A stretch of DNA of 62,035 bases, counting the filler, from Rhabdomonas costata (lineage: Eukaryota): the NCBI GenBank assembly GCA_019059605.1. It is 27 parts of 27 records of this genome, joined end to end, with 100 filler letters (N's around TTAATTAATTAA, not from the genome) between each part and the next. Parts side by side here need not be neighbours in the genome. Positions count along the whole stretch, not along the records: positions 11,515 to 13,717 come from JAHMHO010004875.1; positions 13,818 to 16,019 come from JAHMHO010004876.1; positions 16,120 to 18,322 come from JAHMHO010004877.1; positions 18,423 to 20,623 come from JAHMHO010004878.1; positions 20,724 to 22,925 come from JAHMHO010004879.1; positions 23,026 to 25,225 come from JAHMHO010004880.1; 21 more parts are not named here. One strand, given 5' to 3'. A program made the translations under genes and the position numbers. The notes under the pieces were generated by a model. The model was not told where the DNA came from, did no database searches, and saw only the letters and a list, made by a program, of their open reading frames with translations. Positions 11,851-25,218 of this stretch are shown piece by piece (positions within the stretch are counted from its first letter, which is position 1; every line of letters starts with the position of its first letter).

Positions 11851-13717
11851 CTGCCAGGAGGTGAGCAGCATCGCGGCATACATGGACGCCTGCAAAAATG
11901 AGCAGGAAATCTCCCCAAACGACGCGAAACACCAAACACACCAAGTATTTTGCGTCCAAAAGGTATTCGCTGGCCTTCCCTATAGGACGGCTTCCTCCTG
12001 CTCCGGATGCTGCCAGAAAGCTGGTGTGCCTGGTATTATAAGAACGGGGGGTGGTTGGAGCCAAACTGGTCACAACTATGTAGGGGTAGAAAGAATGCCA
12101 CCGTATCATTGAAACAATCTAAAGATGCGAAATCGAAAGCTGCACCCACAGTTAAGCTGACCAGAAGCTTCGAATATCAGTCCACCACAAACCAGTCCCT
12201 CCTTCCTCCCTTCTGGTCTCACCAAAGCCATCACAACGTGGGCGAAGGTAAAAGTTCCCAGCTTGTTCAGATCCTCAGTCTCATCGTTGCCGTCGGCCGA
12301 TGCATCTAAAAAGCAAGAAGTCAACAAACGCATGACACCAAAAAAGCAACATGGGTAGAAATGGCAATACGCCATGAATATGGCAAGTGAATATGTCGAA
12401 AGCTATATTTTCGGCGTACCAAGTGTGAAGGCCCGCTTCTGACTCGAGGAACTGGCCGTGGTGTAGCCCAAAACAAAGGCGGCAACCACGGCTTGCTGCA
12501 CAATGATAGAAGAACCATACAAAAAAGTGAAAAAAAAATAATCATGTATGGATGAATGAGCGGACCAGCCGCGGCAGCTTGCAACATATGCGCATAAGCG
12601 GTGCGGTGAGCTCAGCTGAAAACTCTCCATTCTTCGCAATTCAATGAACCTAAGTAAGTAAGGTTGCGCAGCTGCACTCATTGTAAAAGGATTAGTCCGT
12701 AATTCTGGATGAGAGAGTGAAGACCTCGAGCCACGAAGAACAAGATCGAACAGCTGCACAAGAGAAGCCTTGGGTAGTTAGGCGTCCGCCAGCACACCAC
12801 ATATATGCTCCACCGGGAGTTTGACGAGGGCATGGTGCTGCAGGTCAGGTCATCTCCTCCGCTATGGAACGTACCGTAGCAACGGAAAAGACCTCCAGCT
12901 TAGAAAAGATAGTGAGGAGGAAAGGGCTGCGCAAAAATACATGTACCTTAGCAGTGAGGAGAAGCACAGCCAGCAGCAATAGAGGCAGACTGCGCTTGTC
13001 GGGAACAATGAGGCATGCTCGAGCTGTGAACGAAAACAAGAGACTCACATCGCCATTTTTTTCCATTTTTTCCAGAAGCCATCGCACGTACAGCAGAAAT
13101 TCACAAGTCGCAACAAAAAACAGACACACATGCCCCCAACCGGCAGGGGAGGTGTCGACGGTACCTTAAGGCTGAGCAAGGAGAGCACCACCGTGGCCAC
13201 AATCGTGACCACACCAAATGCGACTCCCACACCACAACTTTTGAACCACAGCTGCGCGAAGAAAAAGCAGCGAAAAATAAATGGTTGGTTCCCGGTTGAG
13301 GCGCTTGGGGCGGGAGTGCAGCCATAATCATCGGTGAGCAACGAGACCCCCAGACATTGCGAACGACACATCGGACAGCGGCGACATTGCGAACCGAATC
13401 GATTGCTCGGACCATCGCTCCAAGCGCAATGGCCATATCTCAATCCAGATTAGTTGAATCCTATGGAAACAGCCTACCCTGACGAGCACCACCATCCTAC
13501 CGTATTCAACACGGGCACCACCGAAAAACACTTCAGGCCCTGACACACCACAACAGTATTTTTGCCTTGTTTCCTCAGCCAGTATCCCTGCCTAGTTTCC
13601 TCAGCTCAGACACAGCCAAGGCAAAACGCAGACACACACACGCGACACACACAAACACCATTATGAACACGATCAGGACAATCGCAGCGCAGTAGAAGAG
13701 GGTCAGAAACCCCAACA
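11851..13717 (-). CDS. SERINC: Serine incorporator (Serinc/TMS1) membrane protein, partial; exons 13717-13659, 13251-13165, 13023-12947, 12861-12798, 12495-12420, 12305-12223, 11889-11851
   Basis: Spliced product: LGFLTLFYCAAIVLIVFIM|LWFKSCGVGVAFGVVTIVATVVLSLLSLK|LEHASLFPTSAVCLYCCWLCFSSLLS|GGDDLTC...|QAVVAAFVLGYTT...|FTFAHVVMAL|ASMYAAMLLTSWQ. F.H...ALASMY.AMLLT.W is the Serinc hallmark. Confidence 0.88.
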
Positions 13718-13929
13718 NNNNNNNNNNNNNNNNNNNNNNNNNNNNNNNNNNNNNNNNNNNNTTAATTAATTAANNNNNNNNNNNNNNNNNNNNNNNNNNN
13801 NNNNNNNNNNNNNNNNNAACCCGCACGAACATGCAAATGCCGCGACCTGGGGGGGGTGGCGGGAAGTGAAGCGTGCAGCAAGCTTTGCAGCGATAGGGGT
13901 GCTTGCGCGGGAAGGAGTGCTGCAGATAC

Positions 13930-14514
13930 CGAGGAGGGCCCAGGATAAGGGTGAGCCGGCCTGGTCTCAGGGTCCCCGTGAGGTGGTTCAGGACAAACCG
14001 CGGCACCTTCTTGGGCCGCACCCATGGCGTCAGCAGCTGCAGACACGTGGAGCCCACGTTGGGGATCTTCACCCGGTCATCGGGTACGAGGTCTACAATG
14101 TAGGTGAGATCCTCGAAGCGCACAGTGTAGGTGTTGGGCAGGGTGGGCAGCAACCCCCGAATCTGCGCAAGCGCACAAAGAACGCAATGGCAGCCACACG
14201 AGAATGCAACAAATACTTGTTAGCAGCACTTGGGCAACGAACTCTTGATTGCAACATTTCCTCATTTCTCCCTTTTTCTCTGTCGCTTTCTTTCACACTC
14301 AGAAACCCAATACAGCACAGTAAAATGAGAGTGGAATGACAGGGGAAGAGCAGTTGGAGCTGCGGAGAAGGAGTTACGTGTGTCTGGAAGAGATAAGCGC
14401 GACACAAAAGCGACAAAAATAGCGTGGGGAGGAGGGGGAGCAAAGAGGGGACCTTAAGCAAGAGCTTCTCCAGCCCCTGCACCAGAGCCTGGTCAACGCT
14501 GTCAAAACTCACCT
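13930..14514 (-). CDS. ABC transporter G family (PDR-type), N-terminal region up to start of Walker A; exons 14514-14453, 14162-13930
   Basis: LP...VRFEDLTY.V.......IPNVG....VLNHLTGTLRPGRLTLILGPP is the typical PDR/ABCG NBD1 lead-in. Confidence 0.88.
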
Positions 14515-17500
14515 CTGGAACAGGCTGCAAACAAGCAGAGGTTCAGCAAATTCACTTTGGAGGGCAGTCCTTAGCCAGCAATGCGGGCTCACACATACCC
14601 CCTCCCCCGAAAGCAGGAACCACTCGCACAACACCTCAATTCCCTTCCAGGCGCAAAAAAAAAACAGAAACTTTTTCGCTGGTTGCCGCTGGTACTCCGT
14701 TCGGACATTCAAAACCCGCATTTGTTTAACCCCCTTGCTTTTCAGCTGCCAACACAATTCCCTTCCTGGAAAACGCGCATAAGAATGCCTGCTCCAGCCC
14801 GTTCGCAGTGCAGAGAGTGGGCAATAGCGGGGTGTTGGGCACGGTGAGATTGGACCCGTCTGCCGCCCACTGCAGCACTCGAGTCCCGAACACTTCCGCC
14901 ACACGGTGCTGAGAAAGAACACGCATATTTAACACCGACCCCGCCATTAGCCTTTCCCGTGCATCCGACGACCAATAGTTCACCCCACGGTGCCAAGAAA
15001 TCAATTGAGTCTTGAGTCTGGCAAACAGAGTCAAGCGCAGTGCCTCCATGAAGACGGTGGCAACTCGATGAACGTGAAGCATTGGGTACACCGCAATGGG
15101 AAAGGCTGGTTGCGCCATGCAGAAACAGCGCTAATGCAGATTCAGCAGACCCAAGCCAGCGCACGTTCATAGAATAATAATTACTAAACCACTACGCGCA
15201 GCGTGAACAACGATGTGCAGAACAGTATGGGTCCTGACCACTCAAATATCAACCGCACGATAGCTTTCCACACGCCTCAGCCCCTGGCTCAGAGAAATAC
15301 AAATAACCACTTTCAGTGTCCGAAGCGATTCTTGTTTGAGACTGGCTATGGGGTGGCACACTTCACACCTGAAGATCGTCATCATCGTGATGGTCCAGAA
15401 GCCAGTTCAACACCTGAAAGACAGGCGCAACAATAAAAGGTTCCGTAAGTCAGAGCAAAGACCACACAGTGTTCCGCAGTGTCTGGTACAGAGACAGAGA
15501 GGAAGAGAGGAAGGAATGGGCGGCAGGGTGGGAGCCCCTGGCAGGAAAAGGCAGAAGACGTGGAAAGGAGAAAGGCAACGGGAACAGGTATATCCATGTG
15601 AGGTAAGAGAATGATGATGGTTCACACCATTGATGGATCTAGATTTCGATATCACATTATCCTCAGGTTGGCTGTGAGAAGCTGCATACACTCAGGTGAC
15701 TGCTCTTGCAACCAGGTGTTGCATGCAGCCGACGTGTGTTTGGTTTCAAGGGCACGAGTGATAGCTCTTGAGCTTCGTTGCAACCCATTCAGAGGTGCGT
15801 AAATGTGGGCGGAATTTCTCTCTCGCTCTGCTTCTCTGCTTTTTTGTTTCGTGGACCATTGGACAATTTGAGTGCTGACAATGCCAACGTCCTTCTGTGA
15901 GACTAAGTTCAAGTACTAATGTAAAAGTCCGTCATGTGTGCATCGGACAATGCGGACCTCTGTTCCTGCAGTGATGTTTCTGCTGGGAGTCATTTCGGAA
16001 ACATTAGGTCACAAACAACNNNNNNNNNNNNNNNNNNNNNNNNNNNNNNNNNNNNNNNNNNNNTTAATTAATTAANNNNNNNNNNNNNNNNNNNNNNNNN
16101 NNNNNNNNNNNNNNNNNNNGCGTTTGTGGGTATCTCGGCTTTGGGGATGGGTTGAGGGACGCGCTGTCCCCACTAGGCTTCTGAAGGTGGGCTACCAAGG
16201 CTGTGATCACGGGAGGAAAGGGAGGAGGGTGTAGAGAGATCTCTCTTAGAATGGACCAAAGAAGGGACAATTGTAACGTTCGGACATTGTGGATCGATTG
16301 GGACAACATTAGTTTAGGGGCCAGCCGCTGCGGCGGGGCGTGGAAGCCAGAGGAGGGTGAGTGCGTTCAGGAGCACTCAGGTGGTCAGCTGGTCCTTCAT
16401 TTACCACAGCAAAGGTGTGTCGTTTTCAGCAAGGGGGTGAAAACAAACATTGTTTCCCATTGCGTAGCCAAAAAGAAAAAACATTCGATGCTCCTCAGCT
16501 GTGAACAAAGGAAGGGATCAGCAAGTGAAAAGAGGGAAAGCAAAAGCAAAAGCATGCACCTGTGGGGCTGGGCAAAGTGGTGTCCATTCTTCCTTGACAC
16601 ACGTCAGGGGCGTCTAAACCCAAAAGAAGTGCCGAGCACACGAACGAGCAAAAAATTCAAATAATGACACAAAAAGAATGTGAAAGGCTGAATCGAGAGA
16701 ATGCAAAGGCCTCAGGACAAGGCCATCCCACCCGTTCCATCAATAGCACCAGTTGATGTTGCAAATGTGATGGCATCCTGCGTTCGATGGGTGGGGGTGG
16801 GGAACCAAAATAACAACTCACACCACACACAGCGCCCATAACTTAGAGTCACCGAGCTCCCCTGACCTGTGGACTATTCCAATCGCACGCAGAGCGGAAA
16901 GTACAGGGGGTGTGAAGAAAGAGTGGGGGTCCCATAGAATAATGATTTGCAGGTGTGTGCGGATCGCATTCACAGGTAAGGGGTTGCGGCGAGAAGGCAA
17001 TTGCCAACTCACACGAAAAGAGAACAGTAATAGTGGCACCATGAGGATGGGTGCCATACCCCCCACACACACGCACACAAATTCACGCAAAAACTACTTG
17101 AAGTGGAAACCAAGCATTATGTGCCTGCCTCAAGCATCGAAGTACACCCGTCAGGCCACGCTTTTGCCTGAGGGCGTTGATTTGGTTTGTCTGGGGGTTT
17201 TTCAGTGCTATATTAAGAATCATCGCGAAAAAATGTGTGAAATGTCTGGGAGAGCCGCGGGGGGCAGCTGCGGCATCGCTATCTGCTGGCGGCATTCCGG
17301 ACCCCTGAAGTATCGCAAAAAAAATTTCCGCAATGCATGCCGACAATCGGCAACGAATGTTCAGGCCCTCAACCTTTGCAGTGGGCAAAACAACACACGC
17401 GCGGGCGCAGCCGCTCACTAATTCCATTCCAACACGGCAGGGGAGGGTTCACGCCGATAGGGTGCCAAACGGACGCGCGCAACACACAGAAGGCTTTGGG

Positions 17501-18183
17501 GCCTGGGGTGAAGGCTAAGCTGGGGAGAATGGAAGGCAGCATGGCGGTCGCACACAAAAATAAGCTTGCCAAGCACAAAGTCATACAAGCCGGGAGGACG
17601 ATCACGAGTTTACAGAAATATCCCTATCACATCGGTGCCCCACCAGCACGCGGGCAGAAGCAATATCAACAGAGCACAAAACACTACACAGTTCAGCTAT
17701 CGTACATCCGCGCCGAAATCACATAGTTCAAGAGGGACAGCGTCCACTTCGGCTCAGCTCACTGTGAGCGAAGAGTGCAATGAAGCAGGGCAGGCTTGCG
17801 TCGAAAAAAAAGGAACCAACCAATCAGACAAAGCCCTTGTGAAATTTGAAAAGCGCCACCCACCACCACCATCGCCTGCGCTTTCGGATCGAGACGACCC
17901 TGAGCACCCCGTGTTTTTTTAATCAACTCACACAGTTGGAAAGAGGTCCTCCAAAGCAAGCACGTGTGCACAAACAAAAATCACAGCAACAAACTCTACG
18001 TGCACAAGGCATGAATTTGGTGGAGGATTTTTCTTTTCACATGCACACCCATACGAGCCTCGTGTCTGGCGGTGTGGCACTGTAGGCACGATGCGGCCCA
18101 AGTACGTACACACAAACACACACCACTCCACACACAAACGCACATACACCACACAAACGCACCGCTTTTTGATTGGCGGTGAC

Positions 18184-18312
18184 CATGCGGAGCAGGGCGG
18201 CGACCACGTTGGGGAACTCCTGGCGCGGTAGGTACCCCGCGCGGCCGTCGTTGGTGCGCGAGAAGACGCGATGCAGGTCAGAGCGGGAGAAGGCCTCCCC
18301 CATCGCAGCCGA
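18184..18312 (-). CDS. Possible degenerate EF-hand-containing exon of a hypothetical protein
   Basis: GC3-rich codons. MGEAFSRSDLHRVFSRTNDGRAGYLPRQEFPNVVAALLRM resembles a helix-loop-helix EF-hand and ends at a GT donor. Confidence 0.35.
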
Positions 18313-18962
18313 AAACACCAACNNNNNNNNNNNNNNNNNNNNNNNNNNNNNNNNNNNNNNNNNNNNTTAATTAATTAANNNNNNNNNNNNNNNNNNNNNN
18401 NNNNNNNNNNNNNNNNNNNNNNGTTGGGTGGGGGTGAAACAAAGTGAGTCCAGGCGAAGCGCAGGCTGCTGCAGAAGAAAACATTCCAATCAATCTCGAT
18501 GACGGATTGCAAGCAAGCAGCTATGTTGCTTGAATGTCCGTCCCATTTTTTTCAACAAACAGGATCATATGGCTGAGGGCAAAAGGTCCGAAGCAGACCC
18601 GGGGTCCCTTCAAAAAAGGGTACTCGTTCTCTTACATGATTGAAGAAGTCACAACTCTGAGTTTCTCTCACATGCCCGGTAACATTGCACCATAAAGTAA
18701 CCCACCTAAACAACGATTAAGTGCAGCTATGGCACTGGCACACTGCCCCATATGTGATGTCCCAGAGGTGCGAGAGGTTGCAACACACCCACAAAAAACA
18801 AATCACACACAATCTTCACAATCTTCAGCAACCAGATTTTTGCAACTCCGCACTTCCGAGGGCGTGATAAACCGTCCCACGTCCCACGTCCTCAAACACC
18901 AACCTTTCCGTCGGATGGAATACCGAATTCTAGAATTCTAGAGAGAAGGAACGCGCACCCAC

Positions 18963-19987
18963 CCGTGAGGGCATTGTGCCCGAGCTGAAGGTCTGCGAGG
19001 CGCTTCAGCTTCCGAATTGCGGAGGGCAGCCCGGTGAGCTGGTTGACGCTCATGTTCAGCGTACCCAGGTTGAGGCAGTGGCAGAGCATCAGCGGGAACT
19101 CCGTGAACTTGTTCCGGGAGAGGTTAACAGTCTATACGACGGTGACGATACACCACCTCGAACCGACCAAGTTGCGTGTCGCAAGTGCCTCCAATTTAGC
19201 GTATTAGCCACTTTGCCACTTTTTAAATCTCCCCACAGACAAAATTCACTGGCCGTCCAGCGCTGAACCGACGGGATGAACGCCCCTGCTCCTTGCATCC
19301 ACGGGAAAGCTGCCGGTAGGTCTGGAATGTCATAAACAATAATCTTCCGCCTCCCCGTCCCCAAAGTGCATGACTCTGTCCTCACCCGAACAAACGCTAT
19401 TCACGAAGTTCAGAGACAGAAGGCATCTTCACAAGCGACTCCCATCCAAACGCCTATCGGCTGGAGTGATTTTCGATGTATTTGAGTAAGACAGTTCTTC
19501 CATCCGCTCCTCCACCCATATGTGTTGTGATATAGCCCGTGCCATGTCGAAAGAAAGAAGGGAAACTCCAGCCAACATAGCACACACTATTTAAAGACAT
19601 ATTTCAAATAAACGAGCTTGCAATTTACAAAATAGCAACCATGTGCTCACAATGTTTTCTACGTGAGACGATTTTACAATCACCAAAACTCCTGTTTGTG
19701 GAAATTTTGCAACACCTTTTAACTCTCATGATAAAGATGGCAGAGACTATGGCATCACTTGCAAGTACATTTAGGATTACTGGGCTGGCGAGATCAACCC
19801 CTTTTTTCGCGAGGTGCAGAGGGGTGGACCTGCAGCGCGGAAAGGTTAGCCACCGAGGGGGGCAGGCTGACCAGGGCGTTGCCCTCCAGGTCCAGCACTC
19901 GCAGCAGGCGTAGCGTCCCCAGCTCAGGCCCCATCGCCGTCAGCTTATTGTTGGACAGCAGAAGTTCCCCCAGCTGGGCTAGCTCCC
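18963..19987 (-). CDS. Leucine-rich repeat protein, internal exons 19987-19830 and 19131-18963
   Basis: 23-aa LRRs L..L.LS.N.LT.LP..I..L: LGELLLSNNKLTAMGPELGTLRLLRVLDLEGNALVSLPPSVANLSALQ|TVNLSRNKFTEFP...LNMSVNQLTGLPSAIRKLKRLADLQLGHNALT. Confidence 0.92.
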
Positions 19988-20848
19988 CTGACACCACCCA
20001 AAGGTCCGTTGCAACAGTTTGTGGACCTCTGTGAGAAACTTGGGATAAATGCAAAGACTTCCATACAATTTTCATTGTCGTGTCCAGTTACAAAAAAGCG
20101 ATGCTGCGCCCATCGGCATATTAGGCAATATTGGAAATAAACAACGCTTAGAGTGGAGGGGGGGGGGCTCCTAAGTTTAAGAGATGAAAGTGCGACAATT
20201 TGAACGAAAACGCAGAGGATGCGAAGTAAAATACAAACAGAGCCCCTTCCGAAACTAGTCCGTCAATGTCCGTCTACCCCTCCCACAACCGGCCAAAATT
20301 ACCGACCGGGAGGAGGATAATTCGGAATTGCACGTCCATCCAGTTCCCATGCCAGCAATGGGAACTGCCAGGCGAGCGCAGGCCCTTCCGGTGGCCAATA
20401 AAAGGGGGTTAAGCCATGAAAGAAAATACCCTAAGCACAACCGATGGATAATAAAAAGAATCTGCAGCACCCAGTTGTGTGCAAGGAACTTCATTGCATT
20501 TTCTGCCTTTTTTCTATGAACCCCTTCTGTGTCCCTTCAATCCATGACACGGAGTGCATGCACCCAAATCCAAATCCAAGTCCAAGTCCACATCCACGCA
20601 CCACCCACCCCAAACACACCAACNNNNNNNNNNNNNNNNNNNNNNNNNNNNNNNNNNNNNNNNNNNNTTAATTAATTAANNNNNNNNNNNNNNNNNNNNN
20701 NNNNNNNNNNNNNNNNNNNNNNNGTGTTGGGTGTGTGGTAAGTGGGAAAATGAGACAGGGAGCCACACAATGAACGTATATGTGAAGCGTTGGGGCATTG
20801 CTTCGGGACCCCTCCCCAAAAAAGAGCAGAGGGGGTGGAGGTGAACAC

Positions 20849-22664
20849 CATAGCAATCTCCTCCAAAGCGGCGTTGCCGGCTCGCTCGCCGATCCCATTG
20901 ACGGTACACTCGACCTGTATGGGGGAGACAGGGATGCAGTCGCGTCGTGGTTGTAGAGAGCCGTGATGAATGATGACGGAGATGAATAACAGGTACAAAA
21001 ATTTAGCAGAATGTTCTGAAAGCATTGTGTTTTTTGGATGACCATGCAATACCCAGATATTTCTATAGTTGCGGCACGTAGTCAGTGCACTGGCGCATCC
21101 CAAAAGTGCTTCCTTGGGTTAAGGCGTTTCGATGAGGCAAGCTGCTTGCTAAGACCGTTGGTGGGCTATGGCGGAGGACAAAACAACACTCATACTCACA
21201 CTCACACCACTTGATGTCATCTTCCGATTATTGCGTGAAACCAAGAAGTGGGCAAAGACCTGCAGAAGATTCTCCTTATTTTTCGAAACCTCTTTCAGTC
21301 GCTTCAGTTGATCCACGGGAGAGATGCACGGAACACAATTCGTTTGGAAGGGAAACAGACGGACACGCGGGAGGGTGGGCGACTCAGAACCTGCCGCGCG
21401 CCCGCCATAATTCCCGCCAAAGTGTTCGCAGTTGCCAAGCCCAGATCATTGTGGCAGTGCAGGGACCATGTTACCTGTTTTTTGAAGAAAAAAAGCAAAG
21501 ACTCTCCCGAAAAGAGAAAAGAAGGTCGCAGTCAGTATTTTGCGTTTTCGAAAGTGGTGGGAATTGAGCATGCTATGAAGCCACAAATAAAAAAAGGACC
21601 GCTAGTACTGTGGGGCGGGAGAGGGGGTGCTTTTGTCTTTTAGCTGTTGAAACGGCTTTGGAGTTGCTTGGCTTCCAAGTGGGAGCGATGAGTGGAACAG
21701 GTGTAAAGGCGGAGGCCGCAGTGGGGGGAGGCCGGAGGTTGTATGTGGCGAAAAGGCGATTTTATGTTCAGTGGTGCAAACGACCAGAGCTGCAGAATCG
21801 CCAGAACACCACAGAATATCCAAATGTGTTATTGGAACAGTGACAAAGGGGATGTATGTGTGTATGTGTTACCCGGTCGGCGCCCTTGGTGTTCTCAATG
21901 AGGTACTTCATCCGCTTGAAGTACTGGTCTGGCGTGGTGTACCCCACGGTGTCGGGGATGTTCAGAGTGGTGGCCCCAGCCTCAATCACTCCGGACAGCA
22001 CCTGAGAGAACCACATCGGGAGCCAGAGACAAGAAGGCCTCAAATGGATAAGCTTAGGCGTTGGAGATGCTTTTCTTCGGCCAAGCAAGCTCACACAAAA
22101 ACAACTACATACTACACCGAATCGCCTCCATCCCCAATATTCACGCCCAACCGAAAGCGTCCCCACACCTTGCTTGCCTCCGTCAGCCAGCGCTGCAACT
22201 TTAGGAGTCTGCGATGCGTGTTCTTACTCGCTTACCTCCTTCCTACCCATCCCCACACCCCAATTATTGCCCGCGTCACCTCAAAAGTGAGAATTTTGCT
22301 CGCTTTGCATTAAACGAATTCAGACTTAAGAAGGAAAAACGTGTTCTAAAAACCACGCGTATAATTGGGTCAAGATGCGCAGACGAAGGCCATTCACCGT
22401 ATCTCGCCCCCCCCCCCTCGCCGAAAAAAAACGGTGCCTGTGCGAGGAACTCCACGTCGCTGCGTCCCGCATCCTCGGGCGAGAACTGCACGTCGTCGAC
22501 CAGGGTGCGGGCATACTTCACAGCCCGCGCCGCAGTCTCCACGCACTGCTCGCGGCTCATCCGGAGCTTGTGCTTCAGGTGAATGTCGCTGGTGGCCAGG
22601 AAGGTGTGCACGCGGTGCAGAGGGGCGTGCTTCACAGCCTGGCTGCACCGCAGGATGTCCTTCT
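20849..22664 (-). CDS. leuA: 2-isopropylmalate synthase, partial; exons 22664-22438, 22001-21873, 21474-21391, 20914-20849
   Basis: Diagnostic motifs [58 protein letters not shown] and [19 protein letters not shown]. Confidence 0.96.
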
Positions 22665-24678
22665 CTGCACGGAGCAACCATCATTGCTACCCTCGGAAAA
22701 AACTGATACCATTGCACGCCTCACACAAAAAAAAGAGAGAACTGAGAAATGCCCATCAGTTACCATCCAAAAATACAGGCTCATGAATTTGAAGTATGAA
22801 CTATTGGAAACATTGCCGTTGTCTTTCAGAAAAAGCGAAACCATGAAACGCAATCCACCTATGAAAGCGTAAAAATCCAGAAGGCTGCTCCTTTATATGA
22901 CCTTTCCTGATTTTTCGACTTAGAANNNNNNNNNNNNNNNNNNNNNNNNNNNNNNNNNNNNNNNNNNNNTTAATTAATTAANNNNNNNNNNNNNNNNNNN
23001 NNNNNNNNNNNNNNNNNNNNNNNNNGGGGTGTGTGGTAGTTTGGAATACATTGGCGGTGGTGGTCACGCCGGGGTGCCATTTCCGGCCTGGAGTTGGATC
23101 GGTACTTTCGGCAACGGGGCGACCGTTGTCCCCGCCGGCGGCACAGCAAGGATAAGACCAGGAGAAAGCCAAAGGGACGAGGGCAGTTCCATTTTTCAAG
23201 GCGGCCGCCGCCGCGATTACGAAGCCGGACGGAAGTGCCGGACCACGAAGCTCGAGAAAGCCGAAGAATCACCATGACGCAAAAGGCGGAAGAAGAATAA
23301 GACCGGGATGGGAGCGGGACGTGGGCGCGCCGGACCCTGAGCCCAATTTCTTTCAATCGGCGACATCACCGGTATCTGCCGGGAACTTGGTATTTTTGTT
23401 TTGCTTCGGCTTTCCCTGTATTCTGCGGAAAATAACCATTGAAAGGATTGACACCTGCATTCGTAAGATCGCGCCGGTTGGGAAAATCTCCGGGAACATG
23501 GCGTCACACAACTGGCCCCGACCCCTTGGATGGCAGTCACTCTGCCCCAAGCCGTCTGCCCGCAACCACTTTGACGGATGACCGACAGGAGACCGACACC
23601 CGCCAAAAGCGTTCCATTTCGAAGGCACAAGCAGCTAGCAAAAACTGTACAAACGGCTTGGGCAGTCTTTCGGTTCCTGCGGCTGAGCCTGGACCGTGTT
23701 TGCGGTGTGTTCTCTCGCGGTTTTCCCTGCTTGGAGGCGCTGGACAAAAATAATCCCCTTGGCATTGGCAGAAAGTACGGCATACCGAAAACTTCTAGGG
23801 CAATAAAGCATCGAGAAGAGAGCGAGCGAGAGAGAGAATGAGACAAGGGGGGGCACACACAGAAGAAAGTTGCCAACACGCGAAATTTGACATGGAAAGT
23901 TCGAGCGCTGACTGCACGAGTCCAGTTTTTTCGCACCCGATGTGGAGAGAATGCACCCACATACATGTACTCTCGAGGTTGGGCACATTGATTGGGGGTA
24001 CTGCTCCACTGAGAACTCAGCTTGCACAGAACACATTTTTATATGCCAACCGTTACGCTAGCATGATGCAATCCAAGCCTCCTGGGTTCGAACCAACTTC
24101 CACTTTCATCGCCAAAAGTGTTCATGTTGGGCAAGCAAAACCACTTCAACTGCCCTAGAGAAATAGCTATAAAGTTCTGTGAAAAACTCGGGTGTTGACT
24201 TGCAGTGTACGTTGCCACTGTTTAACCCCCTTCCATCGCAAAATCCCTTTTTTTCGCAGCACCCAACCCGTGCTTCTACTGGTAGCGTCGAGGACACACG
24301 CGGTCCCAACGTTCACTATTTACAGCTGCTGTAAAAAAGGCGTGCGCACACAAAGCCCTGGGGCTCTGGCAGCATCACAACCCCAAAGCATAGCAACAAA
24401 GAACGCCCAAGTACAGCATCCGAAATGGGTGCGCTTGAGGAGCTATTGACAGGGATGGTGCGAAACCCGTAGAAACCGTAACAGTCCAATGCAAAGTGGA
24501 TGAGAAAAAATTCGGTGTGTGTGAGGGGGGGGGGGCATTGCGAGCACAAAGAAAAGTGGACATGCGATGACGGAGCACACCTGAGCAAAAATGGCGCAAA
24601 TGAATGCACAGTAGTAAGGTAATACCATGAAGGAGTTTTGGTGCATTCCAGACAAGCCTTCGGAGGCCTCTTGTGACG

Positions 24679-25218
24679 TCATTCCAGCCCAGAAAAACAC
24701 GTGCAAGAACTGTACGTACACCAAAAACGACGGTAAGCTGCAAACTGACGCAAGCACATCACCACAAAAACAACCACTTGAATTGCATTGACAGCGAGCA
24801 TCAAAGCCATGTGTATGTTGATGGTTCTTGGTCCGTACAAGACGGTATCCAAAGACCCAACGAGCGCAGAAGTGAGCAGCCATGCACGAAAAGGGATGTA
24901 ATCCAGGTGGATCCATTCCATGTAGTCATTCTCGATGCTCTTGGAAAAATAGAGTTTAAAAGGGTTCAACGAAAGCCTGAACTTGTCGGGAAGATCCATC
25001 GGTAAATCAGACAGTCTGAGGACGGCGTTGACACCCGAGTGTTTTGGTTCCCCCAAACAAGCGGAGCTCTCGCTATCTTCATCTGCTTCAGCAATTTCCG
25101 GCGCTGACCAGGCAGAAACGGTACCTTGCCCTTCAGAGCGTAGAGCGCACGAGCTTCGCGAAACCATGCTTCGGTTCCTGAAACAATCGGAAACCAACAA
25201 CCCAAAAACAAACCACAA
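24679..25218 (-). CDS. Hypothetical membrane protein exon
   Basis: The ORF has LNPFKLYFSKSIENDY followed by two hydrophobic segments, loosely like the membrane region of nucleotide cyclases or sensors. Exon limits are uncertain. Confidence 0.35.
   Translation of the reverse strand: MWFVFGLLVSDCFRNRSMVSRSSCALRSEGQGTVSAWSAPEIAEADEDSESSACLGEPKHSGVNAVLRLSDLPMDLPDKFRLSLNPFKLYFSKSIENDYMEWIHLDYIPFRAWLLTSALVGSLDTVLYGPRTINIHMALMLAVNAIQVVVFVVMCLRQFAAYRRFWCTYSSCTCFSGLE

Noticed and set aside
13296-13443. CRRCPMCR as a RING-finger fragment
   Set aside because: It lies inside a Serinc intron with no supporting splice sites or remaining RING ligands.
20600-20740. Contigs as telomere-capped nanochromosomes
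   Set aside because: The strand polarity is the reverse of telomeres, the tracts have no fixed unit, and genes are cut mid-exon or mid-intron.
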